From the NCBI RefSeq assembly GCF_026571515.1, contig NW_026853774.1, positions 62,001 through 126,000 on the forward strand: a stretch of 64,000 bases of DNA, given 5' to 3'. This DNA comes from Ruditapes philippinarum (lineage: Eukaryota). The notes beneath the pieces are model-generated. The model ran no database searches, was not told where the DNA came from, and saw only the letters and a program-made list of their open reading frames with translations. The position numbers were made by a program, and so were the translations under genes. This document shows, piece by piece, positions 25,074-37,000 of the stretch (position 1 is its first letter; every line of letters begins with the position of its first letter).

Positions 25074-27334
25074 TCATCAATCTTCATGTATCATTAATTT
25101 TTATCAAGTTGTTATTGCAGTGACATAAAAGAAGCTTGTGTTTTATGACGGATGATTTATAGTAAATAATTATTCTGTAGGAAGCTTGATACGTGGAAGA
25201 TGTCAGACTTTTCTTTGACATTTTTGTTTTGTTTACTGTTATTGATGAGACATTATACAATAATGTGTTAACCCGGCAGCCCATAAATACAGAACATGTC
25301 AAATAAAGTGTGAAATAAATTAGAGATAGGGACACATTACAAAGTGATAATGTATTGCAAATGCTGTGCAGCATCTAAATATAGGAGAGTAGGAAATGAC
25401 AATTTGTTAAATTTGTGTTCATTTTCAGGAAACTATCACTTAACTGTAACAGAAAATGTGTTGCTAGTCTTCTATTTTATACCCTAAGTCTATAATAACA
25501 ATAAACCATACAAAGATATAATGATTTGAGATAACTATGTCTGCTTTGCTTTGTGAATTCTTTTTAAAAAGAATTTCAAAACAGCTTTTCAGCTGCTTTA
25601 TGAAAACCTTGTAACATGAATGCTAGCTGTTATAGTACTTCCCATGTGCTGCTACATCATATTGGAGCCAGGTCTGTCTGCGTGTCTGTTCAGTGTGAAT
25701 GGGCTCCAAACTCTTGGCTTCTGAATTTTAGTATTTGAAATCCATTTCATGGGCATTGTGTAGTTCAAAATTCAAAGTATGGCTAGTGCATTATACAAAT
25801 TTAACATGGTAGGTATTGATGCAAGATTACAGTACATTTGGTCATGAATGTATTTTTCGTGACATTTTATTTATATCAATAATATTTTTTTCCCATTAAA
25901 TTGATAGCAGCATGATTTAACCAGGTCATCTTTGTTTTAAACTTAAAGGCCCCTTATGCTTCGGAAATGCTTTTTATTTCTATATCTCAAAAGCTTTTTA
26001 GTTGGTGTCCTGTTATAGTTTCCAAAAAGTTATTTAGTTGCCAATGACCTGAACCTGTTTCTATTGCCTATTGCAATTAGTACAGTTACAGTGATATAGT
26101 ATTTTGTATGGAAATCAAAATTCTACATTGTTTATATTATGCGACTTTTATGACTCAGCACTTCTTAACTATTTCGACCTAACATAACTCACGTTTGCTC
26201 TTTCTAAAGAAGGAAAAAACATTAATTTTGTTTGTAAGACATGAATTGTGCCTTTAATGTCAAACTTAGACTGGCAGTTGTTCTGCCAATTTTCTGAATT
26301 TTGATTGAAAAGGAAACAAATGACAGGATTTCTGAAAAGAAAACGTAAACAAAATTTCTATGTTTAGAGTTTTAAATTTTACTTTTTGTAAATCAATAAC
26401 TGCAATAATGGTCATGAGTGGTTTGGTATTTATTGAAAATAAAGAAATATTTTTATAATTTCATGGATTTCAATCTCTTTTAATAAATGTTCTATTTGTC
26501 TGAGAAGTTTATGACAGTCATTTTATTATTGATTATTTATTGAACCAAAGAGTGTTTCTATTAAGTTATCACTATTGCAACAATAGAACTGTCAAGAAAC
26601 TGTGACAGAAATGAAACTTATAGGCTCAATTTATCCCCATTACTGACAGCCATAACACTTTAAATTTAATATATCTTTCACTTAAAAAACTAGACAGTTA
26701 TTTTCTCCTTTTCTCTCCCTAACGGTTATAACAATCTGAAGACTGAAACTTACAACTTTGCTTTAATCACTCTTAGTGTTAGTCAGGTAATTAAAATGCC
26801 TCTAGTATAAGAGTCTGGCCATTTTGGACATCCATGAAGTCTGACCAGACTCTATACTTAACACTTCAAGCTTTTTGATAATGAAAAGTTGAGAAAAAAG
26901 ATGAACAGTTGCAAGTTCAAAGCACAAAGTTAGTGGTGTATGGGTCAGCTTGCTGGCATAGCAATACATAATAATATATAATTATCATTATTGCCACATT
27001 GGTATGAAGTTATAAAATTTTTTGATGAATGGACGTATTCATTTTCTTGCCAGTATGTAGCTATAGAGAGTGTGTTGAAGAAAATAGGGAAAGATAAGGT
27101 AAATCTATCAAATGTTTGGTATGATGTGGAGAGATTTAGCTTGTCTGTTTACATTGTTATAGTTTTGTGAATGTTTTTGTTCACTTAAAGCTTGCTGCTT
27201 AGACAGTCATCATTATCATCATCATACTTAACCATTACTATTTTCATCATTATCATTTTCATTTGTCAGTAGCTGTAGCATTTTTTCTTTGACTTCAATC
27301 TTCATTATGGTAGACATCTTCATATTTACTATGA

Positions 27335-28188
27335 TTATACCCCGAAGTTTGGGGGGGGGGGGTATAAAGGAGTCCCTAGGTGGTCGGTCGGTCCAGCAGT
27401 CCGTTGCATTTTCCTTGTCCGTAGCATAACTTAAAAACTAATGAATGGAATTCAATACAACTTCATACTATGATTAAGCACATTGAGAGGAAGTGCAGTG
27501 CACAAGAACCATAACTCTGTCCAGAATAATTATAGAGTTATTGCCCTTTGTTACTTTTCCTTTGCTTTTTTCTTGTCCAAAGCATAACTTGAAAACTAAT
27601 AGTTGGAATTCAATACAATTTCATACAATGGTCAAGTATATTGAGAGGAAGCGCAGTGCACAGATACCATAACTCTTTCTTGACTCATTTAAGAGTTTTT
27701 GCCCTTTGTTACTTTTCATTGTCCAGTGCATAACTTGAAAATTAATGGTTGAAATTCAATGAAACTTCATACAATGGTCAAGGGCAGTGAGATGAAGTGC
27801 AGTGCACAAGAACCATAACTCTATTTGGACAAATTACAGTTATTGCCCTTTGTTACTTTTTTTGTCCAGTGCATAACTTGAAATCTAGTGGTTGGAATTA
27901 AATACAACTTCATACAATGGTCAAGGGCAATGAGAGGAAGTGTGGTGTACAATAACCATAACTCCATCTTCAGTATTTGTAGAGTTATTGCCCTTTGCAT
28001 AACTTAAAAACTAATGTTTAGAATTCAATGCAACTTCATACAATGGTCAAGCGCAATGAGAGGAAGGGCAGTGCTCAAGAAGCGTAACTCTTTGTGTTCT
28101 TTTGCAAGGTATTCTGTTACTTGTAACTTCCTCATTAATCCGAAGCAGTCTTGCGGGTGTATTAATCACATTTAGTGATAGTTCTAGT
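27335..28188 (+). mobile_element. HINE-type element with ~5 x 145-157-bp repeats, inserted in a decayed (CAT)n tract
   Basis: ttatacccc...ggggggtata hairpin, (GGTC)n, monomers at 27415, 27572, 27718, 27861, ~27997; end TTCTAGTT; absent in the duplicate (~55365). Confidence 0.88.
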
Positions 28189-29019
28189 TATCGTTGCCAC
28201 AGTTATAGTAATTATCATCAACATTACCGGTCAGCACAAATAGGACTGTCATCATCCTAATGTCACCTGTTATCATCATCATTGTCATGATTATTTCCAT
28301 AAATATCTTGACGTCACTTGTTGTTACAGCAACAGTAGCACTACTATTATCATCATCATCACCAACATATCACTGTGGTTGCTGTCATGGTTAAAAATAT
28401 TGCACCTATACATTACATACTATGAGAGTTTTAGCAATATCTCACAGTATGTGGTAGAATATACAAGAGAAATATCTGACAATTGTTTGCTGTTCAAATT
28501 GGAATATCTGTCTCTCAGGTACCCACCCATGGGTGGCAACTTGGCAAGTATCATTATCCCCATATGGGCGGGTATCCACGGGACAAATATTCTGTTCCGA
28601 ATGCAACATATGACAGATATTATTAATATTGGTCTACATATATGTTACATGTTCAGAAAGAAAAACAGGTACACAACATGGTACTGTCAAGGAAAGATCT
28701 GTTTATATATTAATTATAGCTTAAGTATAGGACATGAAACACTTTTGCATTCCTTTTACAATTTTTTTATGTGGATGTTAGATGTCTTCAGGGAAAAACC
28801 GCGTACTGATGTTAATGTGATGATGTTTTGTCTGACTTTAACAAATTAAATTTAGTTGAGATATTCAGATAAATGTAGTACTAATGAATGTTTTCAATTT
28901 AGACATTGCCATTTTATATTGAATCAATGTTTATATCAGTATGCGTTGTAGACCCTGATCTCCTTCATGATTATATCTGAGTACCAATATATGCTCGAAA
29001 ATTTGTAAACTGTCAACAC

Positions 29020-29897
29020 TTAACCTTCTGGAACAAAAAATAATCAGCCTTTGTCACCAGTACATCTGTGCACTCTGACCAGGCTCTATACTGTTGGCAG
29101 CTCAATTTTCGTTTTTTATACCCCCACAATGTGGGAGCATATAGCGTTGCACTTGTCCGTCCGTCCGCACTCACAGGACAGTAATTATGTGGCTAAAGGG
29201 ACAATAGGTAACTGTTCTTTCTCTTTGATGTCATTCATTCCGTAATGCTTTTATGTGGGTATTTTCTTTTGTGTGGCTAAAAAGAACAATAGAGAGAACA
29301 ATAGAGTAGCCACATAATTACTCTCCTGTTAGTCAACTTCCGTCCGTCCGTCCGTCAGTCCATACCTCCTGAAATCTTGTGAACGCAACTCCTCTTAAAC
29401 CGGATGGCAGATTTTGCTTAAACTTACAGGGATGAACAACCTTAATGTGTAGATGGTAGTAGAGGAAGGAATTTTTGATGCAACCAAATTTAAGAGAATT
29501 ATGGCCCTTTGTTGATTTTTTCATTATATACTATGTAGAAATATTGTGAACGCAACTCCTCTTAAACCGGATGGCAGATTTTGCTTTAACTTCCAGGGAT
29601 TAACAACCTTAATGTGTAGATCGTAGTAAAGGAAGGAATTTTTGCTGCGACCAAATTTAACAGAATTATGGCCCTTTGTTGATTTTTAGTTTTCAACTTG
29701 TGGCACATGTAGTCCAAAAAATATTTGACCTAGAGTCATAAGATTGACAGAACAGTGGCGTGTGGGGGCATCCGTGTCCTTTTCTAGTTTTGGACACTTT
29801 TCTAGTTTGATATTGAAATTCCTTGAATTTGGAATGGATTGTTTCAAATTCAAAACTGGACAGATCCATTATAGAAATATAGCAGGTTAAGGGTTAA
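29020..29897. mobile_element. TTAA-flanked (piggyBac-like) MITE containing a nested HINE (29112-29807), itself containing a 165-bp MITE (29169-29333)
   Basis: TTAAcc ... gggTTAA; HINE with tatacccccaca / tgtgggggcat, (GTCC)n and two internal repeats; inner TIR ACTCACAGGACAGTAATTATGTGGCTA (25/27); whole block absent in the duplicate (~56515). Confidence 0.82.
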
Positions 29898-30299
29898 AAA
29901 ACAGCAGGAGACTTTAGGTTTTCACATATTTATAAGGAAAATATGCAATTGTTCATTATATTTCTGTTTTAGAAGTCATGTTTTTGTTATAATCTAAACT
30001 TTGTATGTTATTGTAACGTTAAACAAATTGGTAAAATAATATATCTGTTTTATAGACATATTATTTTCATTTTGTTTTGTGAAAGGAAAAAAAGAATATC
30101 TTAGATAATGTATGGAATTTTCACTTTTTATAATGTATTAAATATTTTGATTTAAAAAGATGTCATGTTTAGCGAATAATTTATTGTTAATTTTTCTTAC
30201 TCCATATTGAATGACAACAGGGCTAATTGATGATATTTTTCTTTCATTATTTATACCATGTTGAATCAACATTATTTCAGACTTGTTTGATTCAGTTAC

Positions 30300-32203
30300 T
30301 TTTTAGCTCACCTGTCACAAAGTGACAGGGTGAGCTTTTGTGATCGCTTTTCGTCCGTCCGTCCGTCGTCCGTAAACTTTTGCTTTAAATGACATCTCCT
30401 CATAAACCACTGAGCCAATTTCATCCAAACTTCACAGGAATGTTCCTTTGGTGGTCACCTTTATAAATTGTTCAAAGAATTTAATTCCATGCAGAACTCT
30501 GGTTGCCATGGCAACCGAAAGAAAAATCTTTAAATATCTTCTTTTAAACAACCCCAAGAGCTAGAGCTTAGATATTTGGCATGAAACATCTTCTAGTGAG
30601 TGTCTACCAAGTTTGTTAAAATAAAAGCCCTGGGGTCAAAATTGGCCCCGCCCCAGGGGGTCATTGATTTTCCCTATATGCATATAGTAAAAACTTAAAA
30701 ATCTTCTTTTAAAGAACCATAAGAGCTAGAGCTTAGATATTTGGCATGAAACATCTTCTAGTGAGTGTCTACCAAGTTTGTTCAAATAAAAGCCCTGGGG
30801 TCAAATTGGCCCCGCCCCGGGGGGTCATTGATTTTCCCTATATGCATATAGTAAAAACTTAAAAAATCTTCTTTTAAAGAACCATAAGAGCTAGAGCTTA
30901 GATATTTGGCATGAAACATCTTCTAGTGAATGTCTACCAAGTTTGTTCAAATAAAAGCCCTGGGGTCAAAATTGGCCCCGCCCCAGGGGGTCATTGATTT
31001 TCCCTAAACGCATATAGTAAAAACTTAAAAAATCTTCTTTTAAAGAACCCAAAAAGCTAGAGCTTAGATATTTGACATGAAACATCTTCTAGTGAATGTC
31101 TACCAAGTTTGTTCAAATAAAAGCCCTTGGGTCAAAATTGACCCCGCCCCAGGGGGTCATAGATTTTCCCTATATGCATATAGTAAAAACTTAAAAAATC
31201 TTCTTTTAAAGAACCCAAATAGCTAGAGCTAAGATATTTAGCATGAAACATCTTCTAATAAGTGTCTACCAAGTTTGTTCAAATAAAAGCCCTGGGGTCA
31301 AAATTGGCCCCGCCCTAGGGGGTCATTGATTTTCCCTATATGCATATAGTAAAAACTTAAAAAATCTTCTTTTAAAGAACCCAAAGAGCTAGAGCTAAGA
31401 TATTTAGCATGAAACATCTTATAGTGAGTGTCTACCAAGTTTGTTCAAATTAAAGCCCTGTGTTCAAAATTGGCCCCACCCCGGGGGTCATTGATTTTCC
31501 CTATATGCATATAGTAAAAACTTAAAAAATCTTCTTTTAAAGAACCATAAGAGCTAGAGCTTAGATATTTGGCATGAAACATCTTCTAGTGAATGTCTAC
31601 CAAGTTTGTTCAAATAAAAGCCCTTGGGTCAAAATTGACCCCGCCCCAGGGGTCATAGATTTTCCCTATATGCATATAGTAAAAACTTAAAAAATCTTCT
31701 TTTAAAGAACCCAAAGAGCTAGAGCTAAGATATTTAGCATGAAACATCTTCTAATAAGTGTACCAAGTTTGTTCAAATAAAAGCCCTGGGGTCAAAATTG
31801 GCCCCGCCCCAGGGGGTCATTGATTTTCCCTATATGCATATAGTAAAAACTTAAAAAATCTTCTTTGAAAAAACCCAAATAGCTAGAGTTTAGATATTAA
31901 GCATGAAACATCTTTAAGTAAATATCTACAAAGTTTGTTCAAATAAAAGCCCGGGGGTCAAAACTGGCCCTGCCCCAGGGGTGTCATTGTTTTTAACTAT
32001 ATGTGTATAGTAAAAACTTTAAAAATCTTCTTTTAAAAAACCCAATGAGCTAGAAATTAGAGTTTAGCATGAAACATCTTCTTATGGGTGTCTACCAAGT
32101 CTGTTCAAATAAACAAATAAAAGCCCTTGGGTAAAAATTGGCCCGGGGGTGGGGGGGCCTATATACAGGTGAGCGACCTCAGGGCCATCATGGCCCTCTT
32201 GTT
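30300..32203 (+). mobile_element. Young HINE/Helentron with 10 x ~166-bp monomers (same family as 23314)
   Basis: Termini near-identical to 23314-25073; empty site in the duplicate at ~57011. Confidence 0.92.
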
Positions 32204-33330
32204 TAAGATAAAATAGCATTATATTATTTATGAAAATGTTTGGAACTTATTAAATTAGAAATTCTGCATTTATTCCCTAAGTCATAATTGAATAGTTCCA
32301 TTAGTGTTAATGTATTTTATGGGGTAATGTTTCACATGTCACATGTATAGTTATGTGCCTCACACTGAAAGCATTCAGTATGTTTTAACATGTAAGATGG
32401 TAAATTAAACAGATACTATAATTGATATATTTTAATGTTGTAAAATTGATGAATTATAAATGTCTATAATCTTAATACTATCATTAAACAAAATTTTATC
32501 TTTATGTCTTCTTTATTGATGTTTGCTTAATCAGGAGTTTTTTTTAGGAAAAGGGGAAGACGCTGGACGCTGGCTGGCTTAATGGATAAATTGTAATTTT
32601 ACTTAATGACGTTGATAGATCAGAGATTTTGAAAACCTTTTGATAAATCTTATAATGAGAAATGTAAAAATATTTTTTTTTATGAAAACACTTTTAGAGA
32701 ATGTTATGTGAATATCTCCTTGTCATGTTTGACTGCTTAGTGTGATAAAATGAATTTTGTTAATGTTTTCAAATTATTAACTTGTCAGTTTTGATATTAA
32801 TATTAAGTTACTAATAAGTGTAGTTTAACTGTGTCTTTTATACTCAGCTTTGATTTCTTTTTATGTTTTACATAACTGTTTTATCTTACGATGTTGATAG
32901 TACACTAATGTTTCTATAGAATGTATGGTGTGACAATTAATTAACTGTAAAGTATTTAAGACAAAGTTTTCATTGAAATAATATTTTTACCAATAATCAT
33001 TTTTTTTTAGGTGAAAGTGACTTAATGAGTGTATGATAAAATATTGTTTATTGTAACAATTTGAAGGATAAAATATTCAGATTATCTGTTTTGTTTTAAC
33101 ATTTTCTTTAACTTAGGTCTGAACAACTTTTTGTTCAAATAGTACATGAAATTTCATCTTCATTGCTCATACAAATCTCTTTGGGTGCACATGTCATTAA
33201 GCATTATTTCAGACAAATTATGCTGCTGTATATATGACCACTCTTGTCTTGTAGTTAATCACCCTCTTTAAGTTAAAATGGTGATAAAATAAATAACAAA
33301 AGCAATAACAGAATTGTTTATGATTTCCAG

Positions 33331-33423
33331 GCCGTATTAAGGAATGCCACAACACAAGCTCAGGTGGAAATGTTTGAGCAGGAAATGACACGAATGAAAC
33401 TAGCTCATAAATTGGAAGTTAAG
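33331..33423 (+). CDS. CCDC158: CCDC158-like exon 17 (AVLRNATTQ...MKLAHKLEVK)
   Basis: tttccag| ... AAG|gtataa; 31 codons, phase 0 to 0. Confidence 0.92.
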
Positions 33424-33716
33424 GTATAATTCATGCTGTGAAAATTATAGTTTCTATTGAAACAGAAAATTAAGGAAAGTCCTTAATTCATTGCTAATGT
33501 GTTATTATGACATTTCTTTAAATTCTTAAAATTGATTTTCTATATAGAAGACATAAATGTTATATTGCCAAATTTAGAAACCTTGTAAAAAGTTCTGATA
33601 ACATTTAGATAGATTTCAATGTATTTGACTGTACAGAAGAACCAGGAGTTTTTGATGATTATAATTAGTATTAGTTGTTGAAGGCTATATTGAAAATATT
33701 CAATTGTATGAAACAG

Positions 33717-33938
33717 GAAGCAGTACAGAAAGCTGCCAGTCAACATGTAGACAAGCTGGAGTCCAAACAGAGGACCAGTCAAGGGCAACCTCACGATACG
33801 GAACCAGTCCAATCACAAGGATATTCAAAGTATGAAAGTCATTCAACCAGTCAGCCTCGTTCTGGTACAGTTCAGCACCAAGGGAATTCAAACATGAGAC
33901 CAGACCAAATGGCACAGCAAGATAGACTTCAAGCTCAG
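33717..33938 (+). CDS. CCDC158: CCDC158-like exon 18 (EAVQKAAS...DRLQAQ)
   Basis: aacag| ... CAG|gtaaca; 74 codons. Confidence 0.88.
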
Positions 33939-34169
33939 GTAACATTCTGTGAAAGTAACTTAGGGGTTAAACTTCTTCTAAGCTTCCAGCTTTTGCACAA
34001 AATGGGAACCTTATGTTTTTCTCAATCATTGAAACTGGAAAATCTATTTAATTATTATGATATTGACATTATTGACATGATTTGATATACAACTAGGAAA
34101 AAAGAATTGTTTGAATTTTCCTTGCTTTTTCCACTTTGAAGTAAATCAGAATTTTTTATGACTTTAGTA

Positions 34170-34268
34170 TTGTAAGTTTGAATATAGAAATCAACTCCAG
34201 TTTCAATTTAAAAATGTAATTATTTTATTTGAAAAATATACAACGTTTCGACTCAAGTCTTCATCAGG
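34170..34268 (-). mobile_element. 99-bp Penelope-like/retrozyme fragment with 13-bp TSD
   Basis: TSD TATGACTTTAGTA at 34157-34169 and 34269-34281; only one copy of this sequence in the duplicate (~59067); minus strand reads CTGATGA-AGACTTGAGTC-GAAACGTT then AATAAA. Confidence 0.8.
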
Positions 34269-34271
34269 TAT
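34238..34271 (-). ncRNA. Minimal type I hammerhead ribozyme motif
   Basis: Minus strand ATAC CTGATGA A GAC TTGA GTC GAA AC GT T GTAT: catalytic core, stem II, palindromic ACGT stem III, 4-bp stem I. Confidence 0.65.
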
Positions 34272-34394
34272 GACTTTAGTAAGAATTTCAAATCATTATA
34301 AAGCTGTATGTATATTTGATAGTGGACATTGAATTATAAATACCAAAGTTTACTGAAAATCAAATCTTAGTAGAACATTTATTATATTCTGTAG

Positions 34395-34675
34395 AAATCC
34401 GGTGAAAACTACAAAGAAATTGGATCAGAATTGAAGCTATTGTTAAATGAGATGAGAAACATGATAACTGACAGACAAGACACAAATCAAGGGAATGATA
34501 AACGTGGGCATGACAAAATGAAAGATAGGGAGAGTCAGCGAGGCAGTACAGCACCCTCTACAAGACATAGAGACATTAGAGGTAGAGATATCAAACTGAC
34601 CAACAAATCTCGTCCTAAACTGAAGACTGCCGACATATTTCCAGTTGAAATGAAGAAGGCATTTACACATTACAG
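34395..34675 (+). CDS. CCDC158: CCDC158-like exon 19 (KSGENY...ELKLLLNEMRNMI...FTHYR)
   Basis: tctgtag| ... AG|gtagat; phase 0 to 2. Confidence 0.88.
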
Positions 34676-34739
34676 GTAGATTCTCTTAAATATAATGAAA
34701 ATATTGCATACATTTCAAAAACACTGAGTAAAATGTGTT

Positions 34740-36113
34740 GTTTTTAGCTCACCTAACCACAAAGTGGTCAAGGTGAGGTATAGTGATGGGGCTTTGTCCA
34801 GGGTCCGACATCATGCGTCTTTCGTTTTCAACATTCAGGTTGTTAACACTCTAGCAGTCACAGTTTTGATTTGATCATAATCAAACTTTGTCAGAATGTT
34901 TGTCTTAATGAAATACAGGCCAAGTTATAATATGGGTCATCTTGGGTCAAAAACTAGGTCACCGGAGCTAACAATAAAAAAATATTGTTAACATTCTAGT
35001 GGCTGCAATTTTGACACAAACATCCTTGAAATCGATAAGGAAGGTCATTTTGATGATTTCTAGGTAAAGTTTGAATATGGACCATCCCTGATCAAAAACT
35101 AGGTCATATGAGCTAAAAATAGAAAATTCTTGTTAACACTCTAGTGACTGCAGTTTTCATCCAAATATCCTGGAAATTGATAAGGAAGATTGTTTTGATG
35201 ATTTCTTGGTCAAGTTCGAATTTGGGTTATTTTTGGTCAAAAACTAGGTCACTGGAGCTAAAAATAGAAAAATCTTGTAATCCTAGTGGCTGCAGTTTTC
35301 ATCCAAATATCCTGGAAATTGATAAGGAAGATTGTTTTGATGATTTCTTGGTCAAGTTCGAATTTGGGTTATTTTTGGTCAAAACTAGGTCACTGGAGCT
35401 AAAAATAGAAAAATCTTGTAACACTCTAGTGGCTGCAGTTTTCATCCAAATGTCCTGGAAATTGATAAGGAAGATTGTTTTGATGATTTCTTGGTCAAGT
35501 TCGAAAAAGGTTTGTCTAAGGTTAAAAATTAGGTCACAGGAGCTAAAAATAGAAAAATCTTGTAACACTCTAGTGGCTGCAGTTTTCATCCAAATATCCT
35601 GGAAATTGATAAGGAAGATTGTTTTGATGATTTCTTGGTCAAGTTCGAATTTGGGTTATTTTTGGTCAAAAACTAGGTCACCGGAGCTAAAAATAGAAAA
35701 ATCTTGTTAACACTAGTACCTGCAGGTTTCGTCCAAATATTCTGGAAATTGGTCAGGAAGATTGTTTTGATGATTTCCAGGTCAAATTTGAATATGGGTT
35801 GTCTCGGGTCACAAACTAGGTGGCAGAGCTAAAAATAGAAAAATCTTGTTAACACTCTAGTGGCTACTGTTTTGATCCAAATAACCTTGAAATTGGTCTG
35901 AAAGTTTGTTTTGATGATTTCCTTGTCAAGCTGAGACATGGGTCAACTGGGGTCAAAAATTAGGTCACACCACCCAAATATGGAAAAACCTTGTTAACAC
36001 TCTTGAGGTCACATTTTTGTCATCAAACTTGGTCAGGATGCTTGTCTAAGTAATTGCTTGGATGAGTTTGATGGGTCAGGTGAGCAATCTAGGGTCATCT
36101 TGGTCCTCTTGTT
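34740..36113 (+). mobile_element. HINE-type element with ~8 x 144-bp repeats
   Basis: tttttagctcacct ... caggtgagc, 3' hairpin and CTCTTGTT; repeats of aaaactaggtcac..gagctaaaaatagaaaaatc; absent in the duplicate (~59545). Confidence 0.9.
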
Positions 36114-36299
36114 TAATTATTACTAGTTTAAGGACTTAAACTGTTTTTCTTTTTGTATAAATTTTGATAGAAACTGTTTATGTTGGTCAAATGTTAAGAC
36201 TATTTTTATTTTCTACTTTTTACATTGCAAGTACATCACTTAAAAGTAATTCTTGCAGTAGGTATTATAAACACTGATATCAGTTTCTTATAATTTTAG

Positions 36300-36418
36300 A
36301 GTACCTCCAGCACCATCAGACATCAGTTACTATAGTGATGCTGAGGTAGATGATAGAATACACAACAGGTCAAGGTCACAGACTGGTACATATGCACTCT
36401 ACTCCCCTGAACTAAAAG
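36300..36418 (+). CDS. CCDC158: CCDC158-like exon 20 (VPPAPSDISYYSD...SPELK)
   Basis: ttttag| ... G|gtaagg; phase 2 to 1; the duplicate differs only synonymously. Confidence 0.88.
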
Positions 36419-36853
36419 GTAAGGAGTATATTAATTCTGAAACAATATGTTAAATATTTGCCATCTGTTCCTTTAAATATCTTGACAGGTTTGGTACAAG
36501 CATTCATGCCTCAAGTGTGATACAATATCAGGAAGGTTTTTTTTGTCAAACACCATTTAAGACTAACTGGAGTATATGTCTGACACTGTGTAATCAAAAT
36601 CACAACATAGATGGATAATGTTAGTGACATTAAATCACAAATATCTGAAATTACATCTTGTCATTTAAGTCTGATTGTCAACAAAACTAAGATAAAGTGA
36701 GGTTTTAGCACCTTAAAAAAGTGGAACAGCTAATGTAACAGTTTCATGTATATAATGTATCAGTAGTCATATATAAACAATTCACAGAGCTGAGAAACAG
36801 GCTTATGTGCACAGGGAAAGTCTTATAATGTATAGTTTGCTCTACTATTACAG

Positions 36854-37000
36854 AGAAAAGCACGAGATCTCGAGGTCGCCATAGGAGAAGTAGGTCAGCG
36901 GAGGCGTCGTATATGTTACCTAAAGACTCGAGTACATGGACAGATAGTGATTATAGAACATCTGATTATTCCCCTACAGCTCCAGAGTCAGATATTACTG
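36854..37000 (+). CDS. CCDC158: CCDC158-like exon 21 (EKSTRSRGRHRRSRS...ESDIT)
   Basis: ttacag| ... G|gtaggt; phase 1 to 1. Confidence 0.88.

Noticed and set aside
26300-26348. IEKETNDRISEKKT as the missing coiled-coil exon
   Set aside because: In-frame stops on both sides and no usable acceptor
26761-26935. Pre-miRNA or H/ACA-like hairpin followed by ACA
   Set aside because: Matches the internal hairpin of the TTAA MITE family (ctgaccaggctctatact, cf. 29077 and 37730); no H box or pocket; substitutions fall in the would-be mature arms
28379-28849. 156-aa ORF in intron 16
   Set aside because: TTG start, no family similarity, frame broken by indels in the paralog
35144-35710. 188-aa repetitive ORF
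   Set aside because: Translation of 144-bp HINE monomers
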